Assembly: GCA_965207885.1 (NCBI GenBank)
Contig: OZ242311.1
Span: forward strand, 256,001 to 320,000
Origin: Candidatus Latescibacterota bacterium
GTDB taxonomy: Bacteria > Latescibacterota > UBA2968
DNA: 64,000 nt
Direction of reading: 5' to 3'
A model generated the notes under the pieces. The model did no database searches. It saw only the letters and a program-made list of their open reading frames with translations, and was not told the origin of the DNA. The translations under genes and the position numbers were made by a program. Positions 1 to 9,875 of this stretch are shown piece after piece (within the stretch, counting starts at the first letter, position 1; each line of letters begins with the position of its first letter).

Positions 1-1
1 A

Positions 2-2095
2 CGCATTTCACTAATAGATCCGCCTTATTTGCAGATGTTTACCTTTCCACTGTTAGCGGGAAATGCAGATTCTGCGCTTGACGATTTGCACAGTGTGGTC
101 ATCAGCGAGCGCGTGGCGAGAAAATACTTTGGTGAGACAGAAAATTACGCCCATGTGATAGGCCAATCACTGCGTATTAAAGGCTCTCGAGATCCGCAAG
201 ATTTTGTGGTGACAGGCATTATGAAAACCTTGCCGTTGACCTCGAGTATGCGTGGAAATGATATTCTAATTCCCTTTGAGAATGCATATCGAGATGACAC
301 ATGGTATTTCAGGACATCGCAGTCCCGGAGTGGAAATGTTGTATCGACTTATATTCAAATCCAAGACGCGAGTCAGGCAACCGCATTAAATGAAAAACTC
401 GCTTCTTTTACCAGCGAACTTCTGGACAAGCAGCGAAGCAGATGGATCAAGAGCGGACGTATTCAAGATCGTGCCGATGCGTTTCGATTGCACTTGCAAG
501 CACTCGTAGATATTCATTTTCAAAATGAAGTGCGCGGAGGATACGCACAAAAGATCAGCCCGATGTTTGCTTATGTCTTATCAGCCATTGGTATGGCGGT
601 GTTGCTGATCGCCTGTATCAATTTTACAACCCTGTCACTGGGACAATCGACGCAGCGGTCATTGGAAGTGGGCATGCGCAAGGTGTTAGGCGCACATCGC
701 GGTAATTTGATGCGGCAATTTTGGGGTGAAACTCTGCTGATGAGTTTGCTGGCTCTGCTGTTGGGAATGGCACTTGTCGAGTTATTTTTACCGGTATTTA
801 ACAACATGATTGGCGGGGCAGTGGCGATTGTGCCGAGTTGGGAATTGGTCGTTGCGCTGATGGGTATTCTCGTATTTGTAGGGCTTGTCGCAGGCAGTTA
901 TCCAGCACTAATACTGTCAAAATTTCAACCCATATCCGTATTTAAGGGCAACACGCGGACAAGACGGCGCAAACCCTTCACAAGCGCCCTCGTGGTAGTG
1001 CAATATGCCTTGTCGATTGTTTTGATGATCGGCACGGGCATTATGGCGCAACAACTGGATTATTTGCAGTCGAAAAGTTTGGGATATACCAGCGAACAGG
1101 TGGTGGTTCTGGACAAGGCGACGCGGGAAACGCCCCAACGCTTGCGCGATGCTTTACGCGGTCATGATCGCATTGTAAATATTGCTGGCGGGGGCTATTC
1201 ATTTGTAAATAGTCAAGAACAAAGAGGCCATAGATTGCCCAATGGCAAGTCAATCAATATCTGGACCATGTGGATTGATGATGCCTATCTGAAAACACTG
1301 AATATTGGCCTGAAGATGGGACGAAACTTTTCCAAAGATTTTCCGAGCGATTCTCAGCGGGCTGTAATTGTGAACGAGACACTGGTAGATATTTTGGGAT
1401 GGGACGATCCAATTGGACAACCATTTCCCGTACTAAATAAAAAAGAGCCACATCAGGTGATTGGGGTGGTAAAGAATTTTCATTTTCAGTCGCTTCACAA
1501 TGAAATCGAGCCGATTGCATTTTATAACTCGATAGGCGACTCGCCAGGTGATCGCGGCCCAGGCGTGATTCTCGTGCGTATTCGTCCAGAAGACATAAAC
1601 GGCAGTATTGAATTGCTGCGAGAAACCTGGAAAAAAATAGAACCAACGCGTCCATTTTCAATCGCATTCCTGGATCAACAGGTCAACGAGCAATACCGCA
1701 AAGAACAGCACTGGCTCCAAATTGTCTGGTACGCATCGGGATTTGGCATCTTAATCGCGTGTCTGGGTTTATTTGGCCTCGCATCGCTATCTGTTTCGCA
1801 GCGCACAAAAGAAATTGGTATCCGCAAGGTATTGGGTGCATCAGTAAGTGAAATCACCGCGCTCCTATCCCGAGAATTTGTGCTCCTCCTCACCATCGCC
1901 AATCTCATTGCCTGGCCCATAGCCTACTGGACAATGAGACAATGGCTCAACGGCTTTGCGTATCGCATCGAACCCGGTGTAAAAACATATCTTCTGTGTA
2001 GCCTATTAGCCGTTGTCATCGCCCTGTGTACCATAAGCCTTCAAGCCATCCGCGCTGCGCGTTCCAATCCCGTGGACGCCCTGCGATATGAATAA
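2..2095 (+). CDS. ABC transporter permease, MacB/FtsX-like with duplicated FtsX domains; 5'-partial
   Basis: Two FtsX-type motifs (IACINF...EVGMRKVLGA and EIGIRKVLGAS), multiple TM segments and C-terminal NPVDALRYE. The frame is open to the window edge. Confidence 0.92.
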   Translation, partial: RISLIDPPYLQMFTFPLLAGNADSALDDLHSVVISERVARKYFGETENYAHVIGQSLRIKGSRDPQDFVVTGIMKTLPLTSSMRGNDILIPFENAYRDDTWYFRTSQSRSGNVVSTYIQIQDASQATALNEKLASFTSELLDKQRSRWIKSGRIQDRADAFRLHLQALVDIHFQNEVRGGYAQKISPMFAYVLSAIGMAVLLIACINFTTLSLGQSTQRSLEVGMRKVLGAHRGNLMRQFWGETLLMSLLALLLGMALVELFLPVFNNMIGGAVAIVPSWELVVALMGILVFVGLVAGSYPALILSKFQPISVFKGNTRTRRRKPFTSALVVVQYALSIVLMIGTGIMAQQLDYLQSKSLGYTSEQVVVLDKATRETPQRLRDALRGHDRIVNIAGGGYSFVNSQEQRGHRLPNGKSINIWTMWIDDAYLKTLNIGLKMGRNFSKDFPSDSQRAVIVNETLVDILGWDDPIGQPFPVLNKKEPHQVIGVVKNFHFQSLHNEIEPIAFYNSIGDSPGDRGPGVILVRIRPEDINGSIELLRETWKKIEPTRPFSIAFLDQQVNEQYRKEQHWLQIVWYASGFGILIACLGLFGLASLSVSQRTKEIGIRKVLGASVSEITALLSREFVLLLTIANLIAWPIAYWTMRQWLNGFAYRIEPGVKTYLLCSLLAVVIALCTISLQAIRAARSNPVDALRYE

Positions 2096-2118
2096 GCTAC
2101 TCAGGTGTGACTTTATCT

Positions 2119-2348
2119 TACAGCCCGTAAGACCCACTCGCAGAGAGCTTTAGCGTTGGGTCGCATGGCGAAGGGCTTCCGAATCCCTGCTTTCGCAGGG
2201 ACATGCTTATGGTGCGGTGCTTCCGTGTAAAATCATCACGGAACATGCTTAGCATGGTGGCACATTGCTCAAGGCAATGTGGGCGGTGGAGCGGTGTACA
2301 AGTGCGCCAGCACTTCATTGACCAAAATCATCCGTTCACTGACTACAT
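2119..2348. repeat. Hairpin-dense non-coding element (MITE-like, or left end of the TnpB element)
   Basis: At least six stems: GACCCA/TGGGTC, TCCCTGC-TTTC-GCAGGGA, TTCCGTG/CACGGAA, CATGCTTAGCATG, CACATTGC/GCAATGTG and AAGTGC/GCACTT. Confidence 0.5.
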
Positions 2349-2353
2349 AAAAC

Positions 2354-2382
2354 TTGCATAAATTACTGTTTTTATGTATATT
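2354..2382 (+). promoter_or_regulatory. Putative sigma70 promoter of tnpB (leaderless)
   Basis: TTGCAT-17 bp-TATATT, with the ATG at 2389 starting 7 nt after the -10 box. Confidence 0.55.
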
Positions 2383-2388
2383 TACATT

Positions 2389-3495
2389 ATGGAATACTTA
2401 ACATACAAATACAAAATGTATAGTCTCTGTGACCGCAATAAGTATCTGCACTATGAGATAGACGCTTTTGCTGAGGTGTATAATCATTTCATTGCCTTGC
2501 ACAAGCGATACTATCGGCGTTTTGGCAAGTATCCCAGTAAGTTCACAATGATTAACCATTTGGCAAAGCTGAAAAGAACAACACGCTTTGCACATTGGCG
2601 TTTGTTGCCGTCACAGGCATTGCAAAATGTGATTGAGCGCATAGACTTTGGCTATCAGAAATTCTTTGCCAGAGATAATAAGCGTCCGCCCACATTCAGG
2701 TCTCGCTTTCGGTATCAGTCCTATACGCTGAAGCAAGCAGGATACAAATTCCTTGAGCGTAACAAGGTGCGTATTGGCAAGCGTATATTCAGATACCATA
2801 AGAGCAGAAAGTTCGATGTAGAGCGTATCAAGACGGTCACAATCAAACGTGACCGCGTAGGCGATTTGTGGCTATGTGTTGTTGCAAAGGCTGAGGGTAT
2901 CAAGTCATTCATGATCAAGAACGGTAAAACCGCAGGTTTTGATTTTGGCTTGCAAACATATCTAACAGCCTCAGACAGCACAAGGACACAATCGCCATTG
3001 TTCTTCAATCGTAATTCAAGGAAAGTCAAAAAGGCTAATCGCAATCTTTCTCGTAAAAAGAAAGGTAGCCATAACCGTCATAGAGCCAGAGTAAGTCTTG
3101 CCAGAGTGCATAGGCGCGTTGCTAATCAGCGCAGAGACTATCATTGGCAACTTGCCTATCAACTCTGTAAAGAATATGACGTAATGTATTTTGAAACGCT
3201 GAATATCGACGCCATGAAAGCGTTGTGGGGCAGAAAGATTAGCGATTTGGGCTTCTCAGACTTTTTGAACATTCTCAAGTATGTTGCCAAAAAGACGGGC
3301 AAAGTTGTCAAACAAATTGACCAATGGCTGCCGTCGTCAAAGACATGCTCTGCTTGTGGCACAGTCAAAGAGGACCTCGAATTGCGAGAGAGAACATTCC
3401 ATTGTTGCGAGTGTGGTCTTGAGATAGACAGAGACCTCAACGCGGCGATAAACATTCACAGGTGGGGGCGTCCACCTATGGCGGAGGTAGCGTAA
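2389..3495 (+). CDS. tnpB: RNA-guided endonuclease TnpB (IS200/IS605 family, IS1341-like solo tnpB)
   Basis: N-terminal TYKYKMY, RuvC-I GFDFGL, RuvC-II YFETL, Zn finger CSACG...CCECG and RuvC-III DRDLNAAINI. Confidence 0.95.
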   Translation: MEYLTYKYKMYSLCDRNKYLHYEIDAFAEVYNHFIALHKRYYRRFGKYPSKFTMINHLAKLKRTTRFAHWRLLPSQALQNVIERIDFGYQKFFARDNKRPPTFRSRFRYQSYTLKQAGYKFLERNKVRIGKRIFRYHKSRKFDVERIKTVTIKRDRVGDLWLCVVAKAEGIKSFMIKNGKTAGFDFGLQTYLTASDSTRTQSPLFFNRNSRKVKKANRNLSRKKKGSHNRHRARVSLARVHRRVANQRRDYHWQLAYQLCKEYDVMYFETLNIDAMKALWGRKISDLGFSDFLNILKYVAKKTGKVVKQIDQWLPSSKTCSACGTVKEDLELRERTFHCCECGLEIDRDLNAAINIHRWGRPPMAEVA

Positions 3496-3601
3496 GACTT
3501 GCCGAACTTCGGGGAAGCAAGCATCTACTGTTGATCCCACAATCCCTGCTGAAGCAACAAGATTCTATAATCCCAATGCTTTAGATTTCGGAGTACGTCA
3601 A
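3461..3601 (+). ncRNA. Putative TnpB omega-RNA scaffold and IS right end
   Basis: Overlaps the tnpB 3' end and ends in GGAGTACGTCAA (TCAA at 3598-3601), typical of IS605-type right ends. The subterminal hairpin is degenerate. Confidence 0.6.
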
Positions 3602-3710
3602 CAACTGATATGGGAAACCGATGGTCTAAGACCAAACACAACTTGCAGCTTGTAAAAAAAAGGCTATATTCACCATAATGACTGCACATTTTCTGAGTGG
3701 AGAAAAAGCA

Positions 3711-3974
3711 ATGCCAAAAGTAGAACTGGAATACCTGGGTAGTGATCTTATCATCTCTAAACAAACCGCAGAGCAAGAATTGGGACTCCACCCAGGAGAT
3801 CGTATTGAAATCAGACCCAAAGCCGATTTTGAACCTGAAGAACAATCCTTCGAAAAATCCAGGCTTCTCACTGAATCTCTCGAAAACCTCCGAGAAGCTT
3901 TCAAACCCTCGGATCTGGACGATTGGGAGACTCAAAGAAATCAACTGTGGTCAAAATGGCAACTTCCCACTTGA
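3711..3974 (+). CDS. Putative antitoxin, AbrB/MazE-like
   Basis: ELGLHPGDRIEI motif, GGAG RBS, and overlap with the downstream PIN gene. Confidence 0.7.
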   Translation: MPKVELEYLGSDLIISKQTAEQELGLHPGDRIEIRPKADFEPEEQSFEKSRLLTESLENLREAFKPSDLDDWETQRNQLWSKWQLPT

Positions 3975-4360
3975 TCGTTGATACCGATATCATTATTGAC
4001 TTCTTAAGACGCCAGTCAGAAATCTTGCTCCAGGTTGCAAGCCAATATCGCTGCCATATAACAGCCATCTCGCTCTTTGAATTGCAGATCGGGGCAATTC
4101 GATCAGAGCAACAAAATCAACGATTTTCTCAAGCGCTCTCGCATTTTTCTATTCTACCATTCGACGCCAACGCTGCGCACCATGCATCGACACTTGGTCG
4201 TCAGCTTCAGCAATCAGGCCAAATGATTGGCCTGCCCGATACAATGATTGCAGGTATTTGCCTCTCCCAAGACCTTCCACTGCTCACCCGCAATACCCGA
4301 CACTATACAAGAGTAGCGGGCCTTCAGATTTTTACGCCAGACAATTTGCCCCTCACCTGA
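3956..4360 (+). CDS. vapC: PIN-domain toxin, VapC family
   Basis: IVDTDIIID...DTMIAGICL...LLTRNTRHY motifs. Confidence 0.9.
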   Translation: MATSHLIVDTDIIIDFLRRQSEILLQVASQYRCHITAISLFELQIGAIRSEQQNQRFSQALSHFSILPFDANAAHHASTLGRQLQQSGQMIGLPDTMIAGICLSQDLPLLTRNTRHYTRVAGLQIFTPDNLPLT

Positions 4361-4418
4361 GCATACTAAAAATACACCCGCCGTACGCGAGAAGGCACTT
4401 TGTAAAAAGGAGTACCTG

Positions 4419-4826
4419 ATGGCTGACATACTCGATTTCACCAAACCTCATGTATTGAGAAACGAAGAAGAATACGATTGTGCTGTCGCTGAAATCGATA
4501 CCCTTCTCGATACAGATCCCCAGCCTGGATCAGAAGCGTATGAGCGACTGGAGTTTCTGTCTATACTGGTGCAGGCTTATGAAGACACGCATTTGCCTGC
4601 CTACGAACAATCGACACCTCAGGAAGTGGTTGATTTTATGCTGGAGCAGAAGGGACTTTGCCGGGACGATTTGGCAAAGTGGCTGGGTAGTAGTCGCCAG
4701 ACAGCGGAATTTTTTGAAGGAACCCGGTCACTCTCTATTGAACAAATTGGCGCATTGCGAACGCATCTGGGCATTCCAGCGGATTTACTGATAGAGGTTG
4801 ATCCCGAATGGACTTCTGAGAAGTAG
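4419..4826 (+). CDS. HigA-like HTH antitoxin or transcriptional regulator (no adjacent higB)
   Basis: EEEYD...LEFLSILVQAYE...LEQKGL...RSLSIEQIGALRTHLGIPADLL; AAGGAG RBS. Confidence 0.8.
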   Translation: MADILDFTKPHVLRNEEEYDCAVAEIDTLLDTDPQPGSEAYERLEFLSILVQAYEDTHLPAYEQSTPQEVVDFMLEQKGLCRDDLAKWLGSSRQTAEFFEGTRSLSIEQIGALRTHLGIPADLLIEVDPEWTSEK

Positions 4827-4843
4827 CACAATGGAGGTCTGGG

Positions 4844-5087
4844 ATGAATATCTCGACAATTGATATGCCACAGGCTGAGCGCGTGGAAGTAAGCGAGGAT
4901 ACGCTGACGGCGGTACTCTCTGATGGGCGAACCATCTCTGTGCCCCTGAAAGTGAAAGGAATCTTCAAGTTGGTAATCCTGGATACCAATATCGTTTCAT
5001 ACATCTTCAATAAAGATACCAGAGCACTGTAGTACCAGAACCAGATTCAAGGCCAACGCGTGCTCATCTCATTCCAGACATTTGAAT
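4844..5087 (+). pseudogene. Chimeric remnant: DUF2442 N-terminus joined to a PIN/VapC N-terminus
   Basis: AERVEVSEDTLTAVLSDGRTISVPL is followed by VILDTNIVSYIF, an in-frame TAG, then YQNQIQGQRVLISFQTFE. Confidence 0.65.
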
Positions 5088-5098
5088 CCACCCATTAG

Positions 5099-5890
5099 CT
5101 ATACCTCGGAAACCACACCGGGATACCGATTTTCAATCCACCAATCCGCGTGTGGCATCCCGCTCTCTCGCGTTTTTCTCACCAGCAAATCGATATCTAT
5201 CAGCACGCGGCGTAACTCGATCTGAAGGCTCCTATTCTCCCACGCAATAACACCATATTCTGCCCAGGGAGGATATCCCCTATCATCCGGATTACCCAAT
5301 GGATCTCGAAGAACCCGGCGTATCCGATCCTGTGCGGGAACAGGCGCACCAACACTTCCGGGATTAACGATCGTGCTATCTGCATAATAACGAACCATCT
5401 GCGTATGCGTATGTCCCCCAGCCAACACCATCGCGTGATAACCAGACAGCATGCGTTCCATCTCCTCATCTGGCGTGTAAGAAGCGATGGCATCTTCATT
5501 AGACCGTGGAGAACCGTGATAGCAAAGAAGATTGGTAGTCGCATCCAGAGGTATCTCGACCATTGCCTGGAACGTCCGCATATAGTCCAGATCATCAGGT
5601 GAAAGCTTACGAACATCCCAGAATCGAACTTCATTTCCTCGCCTGGTGTTCTCGCTCTTTCCCGTACCAGGACGTGGATCAAGACACCACACATCCATAT
5701 TCCCCATAACAACAGAACCATTCAGAGATTTCAACTGAGCAATAACCTCACATGGTTGGGGACCGTCAGAGATGGTATCACCCAGACACACAATGTGATC
5801 AATGGATTCTGTTTTGAGATCGTTCAAAACAGCTTCTAAAGCCACTGCATTTCCATGAATATCAGAGATGATGGCGATTCGCATATTCAT
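5099..5890 (-). CDS. Metallophosphoesterase, calcineurin-like YfcE family
   Basis: ISDIHGN, LGD, MGNMD, YHGSP, GHTH and NPGSVG motifs. Confidence 0.92.
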   Translation of the reverse strand: MNMRIAIISDIHGNAVALEAVLNDLKTESIDHIVCLGDTISDGPQPCEVIAQLKSLNGSVVMGNMDVWCLDPRPGTGKSENTRRGNEVRFWDVRKLSPDDLDYMRTFQAMVEIPLDATTNLLCYHGSPRSNEDAIASYTPDEEMERMLSGYHAMVLAGGHTHTQMVRYYADSTIVNPGSVGAPVPAQDRIRRVLRDPLGNPDDRGYPPWAEYGVIAWENRSLQIELRRVLIDIDLLVRKTRESGMPHADWWIENRYPGVVSEV

Positions 5891-5947
5891 ACCTCTGGAA
5901 TATTAGCTATTCTCACTCTAAAAGCCCCGTATCCAGCACGTCCATTG

Positions 5948-5978
5948 AACCGTTCACCAGCCTGTTAAACCGCTTATC
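5948..5978 (+). promoter_or_regulatory. Putative LytTR binding site (imperfect direct repeat)
   Basis: ACCGTTCACC and ACCGCTTATC with a 20-bp period, upstream of the hydrolase-lytS-lytT operon; resembles AlgR-type ACCGTTCGTC sites. Confidence 0.45.
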
Positions 5979-6054
5979 ATCTTTTGCTTCTTAAAACGCA
6001 ATTGATGCCTACCTTTTGATTGAGAAAATTACTCACCATCAAAAGGAGGATATC

Positions 6055-6972
6055 ATGTCAAAACGGAAACACGTCATATTGCAAATCAGTGCAATCTTCA
6101 TCGCGCTTTTAACATCGATTCCCGCATCTACACAGACAGATAATCCGCAGCCTTTCAAAGTACAAATAACGGGATCTGGACATCCGATGATCTTAATTCC
6201 CGGTCTAAGTAGCTCTGGAGACGTTTGGCGCGAAACAGTCAACCGATACCAGAACAGCTTTGAATGCCATGTCTTTACACTGGCGGGATTTGCCGGACAG
6301 CCACCTGTGCAAACAGACCATTATTTGCAAACCATGAGAGACGCCCTTATTGCATACATCCAGGAAAACGATCTAAAAAAACCAATCCTTGCAGGACACA
6401 GTTTGGGTGGTTTTCTATCGTTGTGGGTTGCTGCAAGCATACCCGAAAGCGTGGGAGTGCTTATTATTGTCGATGCCGTGCCCTTTTTACCCGCACTACA
6501 AAACCCGGCAGCAACAGTTGAATTTATGCGCACGCCAGCAGAACAAACACGCGCCTGGATACGCTCTCAAACACCTGAACAAAGAGAAAAAGCAATGCCA
6601 TCTATGCTCAAAATGATGATCACAGACCCCGCAAAAATAGATACGGCTGTCGTGTGGAGTCTATCTTCGGACCCAAACACAGTTGCCCAGGCAATGTACG
6701 AAATGTTTTTGACAGACCTGCGAACCGAGATAAAGAACATACAAACACCTGTTCTGGTATTGGGAGCCTGGGTCTCGGGTCAATCTCAGGGCGCAACGCG
6801 AGAAAGCTCACTGGCCGCGTATCAAAAACAGTATGCTCATGTTGAGAATTGCGAAATATGGATGACGAACACGGGCAAACACTTTATTATGTGGGACGAC
6901 CCCGAGGGCTACTTTACGACCATTGATGCGTTCCTCTCTCGCAAGACAATCACCCTCCCTGTTCCCAGATGA
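6055..6972 (+). CDS. Secreted alpha/beta hydrolase
   Basis: Signal peptide, GHSLGG nucleophile elbow, C-terminal HFIMWD; AGGAGG RBS. Confidence 0.9.
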   Translation: MSKRKHVILQISAIFIALLTSIPASTQTDNPQPFKVQITGSGHPMILIPGLSSSGDVWRETVNRYQNSFECHVFTLAGFAGQPPVQTDHYLQTMRDALIAYIQENDLKKPILAGHSLGGFLSLWVAASIPESVGVLIIVDAVPFLPALQNPAATVEFMRTPAEQTRAWIRSQTPEQREKAMPSMLKMMITDPAKIDTAVVWSLSSDPNTVAQAMYEMFLTDLRTEIKNIQTPVLVLGAWVSGQSQGATRESSLAAYQKQYAHVENCEIWMTNTGKHFIMWDDPEGYFTTIDAFLSRKTITLPVPR

Positions 6973-7967
6973 GCAATATGTCCGAGATCAAAAACCACAA
7001 CAAAGCGTATTGGACCTGTCAGATTTTGGGATGGGGAATATACGGCCTGCTCAACACACTTTTTTTATCTGCTTTTCAGACCATTACGGCACAAAATTTG
7101 GGAATCACCGTTTTTGGATCTGTACAGCTTTTGTTGTGGACACACCTGCTCAGAACCATATTCAAAAAGCGGTATTGGGTCACACTGCCTTTATGGAAAC
7201 TCTTTATCCGAGTATTGATAGCCGATCTTATCATCGCGATTATCAGCCAGAGCATTCAGATCTTTGGTTATCTTTATATAGACGACACGCTTACGATTGA
7301 ACAATTCCGTTGGAAACTGTATGGCCTGCAAATACTCAACACGAACTTTATCCTCTGGATATGGTCGCTGTTATATGTCGTGTTCCACATGTTTGACATA
7401 ACCAAACGCGGAGAACGCGAAAAATGGGAATTACAAACAGCGGTTAAAGAAGCCGAATTGATGGCACTAAAAGCCCAGATAAATCCCCATTTTCTTTTTA
7501 ACAGCCTCAACAATATCCGTGCACTGGTCATTGAAAACCCCGCACGAGCACGGGACATGATCTCAAAACTGTCTGAACTATTTCGATACGCGCTACAGGT
7601 CAGCAACACCAGAAGTGTGCTGTTGAAAGAGGAATTGGCAATGGTGAAAAACTATCTCCAACTCGAAGCCACCCAGTTGGAAGACAGGTTGCGTTATCGG
7701 TTTGACATCGCGCCAGAAACACGACAAGTCGAGATTCCACCGATGACCGTACAGACCCTGGTCGAAAATGCCATCCGGCACGGCATTGCACAGCATCCAG
7801 ATGGTGGCGAAATCTCAATTCGGACAACCCTTCAGCAAACTGCTATGGTGGTCTGCATTGTAAACACCGGCCAAATGAAAAACAACGCAACACCTGACGG
7901 CATTGGCCTACAAAATACCAGAGAACGTCTGCGCCTGTTATTTGGGGAAGCCGCGCAATTAACGGTT

Positions 7968-9806
7968 GACAGGACGGCAAAAAGTCTTGAAAACAAGGGA
8001 GAAAGCCACCTGCAATCCCTTGTCGTGAGAGCTTCAAATCGTCTGTTCATACTCTCTGGTATAGGTTTGTACGGCCCAAGAACCCGTTGATGACATCGCA
8101 AGGCCTCAAAAGCCTACCAAAAAGTTTTTGAGGGTAAAATGACCCCCTATAGGCAGCGACACGATGGATATTGAGACCCAATGCGCGTAGCAATACCCGA
8201 TATTGAACTGCACCTTGCCCACGCACCCGTAGGTGAGCCAGTCCCATTTGATGCTTTAGACGCGATATGGTCCCTTCGATGCCTGCTCGCCAACGATATC
8301 GGTCACGGAAGGCGTCAGACTGTTCAGACAGACGCCGGGCACGCTGCTTGACGCGTTCGTGGGTATATTGGAGACGATCTTTTCCCTTGATCGGACAGCG
8401 CGCTTGCAAGGGACATTGGTCACACACATCTATAGCAAATCGAACCTGGAGGCGTTTCTTGCTCACAGACATCTCAAGGGGCGCGTGACCCGCTGGACAT
8501 CGCTGGATATACCCAGAGGCATTTAGGTCAAAGTCCTCCAATGTCAATTTGCCCTGACCTTTGCCCTTCGGGGACATCGCCAGAGCCAACAGGGTGACAC
8601 CTTTGGCTTTGGCATGAGCTATACATTTTGTCGAACCGTAGTGCGTATCGGCCACCATATGCTCAGGTGCCACACCACGCGCTTTTGTATCCTCTATGGC
8701 CGGTAAGAGGGCTTTACTGTCATGGACGGTCATCTTGCCCACAGCCATATGCGTGATCAGGTCTGGCTTGGCAACTTTAGACACTGCTGATGTGACTTCC
8801 TCTGTCTGATCGTCTTTGTCGGCATCCTCCGAGAAGGTCTCCATGACCTGTACGAGATAGCCTACCCCCCGACGCTTGTTATAGCTGGCGTCGGGATCGG
8901 CCGGATTAAGGATATTGTCACACGAGATCGCATTGGGATCCCGCATCTTTATGCTGTCTTGACCGGATGCCATACAGATGCGTTCGCACTGTTCTTTAAG
9001 AACACGTTCCAACACACGGTAGCTGTGCAACTGCGCCGCCTCAGTTGCACAAAACTGCCTCAGCAGTGCATCTATATCAGCGGCGGCTTCTGGCAATCGA
9101 CACTTTGACTGGCTCGGCGTGGTTAAGGCGAAACACCCATCGCCTGTTCGGGCAACATACTTGCGCCATAGTTCAGGATCCAGTTCCTGATACAACAAAG
9201 GGTAGGTTCGACGCAACTCGCGCAAGAATTTACTCATGGACTCGACCAGAATGCCCAAGCGCGTCAAGTTGCGCATAAAGCTGCGAACACCCGTCGAGTC
9301 GATCCGCTGCTTGCGGGTATTAACCCCAACCGAAGCAATGAGCTTGTCGGTCAGGCTTTGGAAGAGCACCTCATCCATATGATGCTGAATCACCAAACGA
9401 CGATAGGTGCGAAGCGTTCGCTCACAAAAATAACAGTCGGCTTCACTGCGCACATCAAGGGCATACTGCCAGGCCAGATTAAATGCAATGGCTTCCACTG
9501 TCTGAGCATCGGTCAAATCATGCAGTTGTTGCAATACCAGTGCCCCGAGCACAACGTGGAGGTCTTTACTGGGGCGTCCAAAGTCTTTGCTAAAATGGGG
9601 TGCCAGTTCCCCAACAGGCAGTTCCGAAAGCAGATACTCTCGGAAGACACCAGCCCAGGAACGATCAAGGAGTTGTTTGCGTTTGGCCCCAAGCTGTATC
9701 CAAAAATCTGGTGGGGCAGCCGAATCGCGGTCTCGTAAGGTAAGCATAAACGAAAGATAGCTCACCATACACTTCGTGACAATCTCTGACTTTTTGCCGT
9801 CCTGTC
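7968..9806 (-). mobile_element. Insertion sequence, IS1182-like (DDE)
   Basis: Perfect 19-bp TIRs GACAGGACGGCAAAAAGTC and a flanking direct repeat AACGGTT (7961-7967 and 9807-9813). Confidence 0.92.
8047..9768 (-). CDS. Transposase, IS1182/IS5-like
   Basis: GRPS, RIDST, ADTHYGS, a Cys cluster (CPAG...CDQCPLQARC) and YRWRAGIEGTISRLK. The true start may be the ATG at 9747. Confidence 0.9.
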   Translation of the reverse strand: MVSYLSFMLTLRDRDSAAPPDFWIQLGAKRKQLLDRSWAGVFREYLLSELPVGELAPHFSKDFGRPSKDLHVVLGALVLQQLHDLTDAQTVEAIAFNLAWQYALDVRSEADCYFCERTLRTYRRLVIQHHMDEVLFQSLTDKLIASVGVNTRKQRIDSTGVRSFMRNLTRLGILVESMSKFLRELRRTYPLLYQELDPELWRKYVARTGDGCFALTTPSQSKCRLPEAAADIDALLRQFCATEAAQLHSYRVLERVLKEQCERICMASGQDSIKMRDPNAISCDNILNPADPDASYNKRRGVGYLVQVMETFSEDADKDDQTEEVTSAVSKVAKPDLITHMAVGKMTVHDSKALLPAIEDTKARGVAPEHMVADTHYGSTKCIAHAKAKGVTLLALAMSPKGKGQGKLTLEDFDLNASGYIQRCPAGHAPLEMSVSKKRLQVRFAIDVCDQCPLQARCPIKGKDRLQYTHERVKQRARRLSEQSDAFRDRYRWRAGIEGTISRLKHQMGLAHLRVRGQGAVQYRVLLRALGLNIHRVAAYRGSFYPQKLFGRLLRPCDVINGFLGRTNLYQRV

Positions 9807-9875
9807 AACGGTTGAAAATACTTCTCAAAATCAGGTTTGTGCAAAGTTTCAGGTACCGCTCACTGGACAACAAAT

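Noticed and set aside
2118-2318. 66-aa minus-strand ORF as a tnpA remnant
   Set aside because: No HUH or Y1 motif; it lies within the palindromic element.
2330-2430. Group I intron (IStron) core upstream of tnpB: R-like GTTCACTGACTACA and S-like AATGTATAGTCT
   Set aside because: The pair flanking the P7 bulge would be C-T, the S-like match lies inside the tnpB coding motif KMYS, the intervening DNA is explained as a promoter, and the element ends in TCAA rather than a terminal G. An Infernal search with group I models would settle it.
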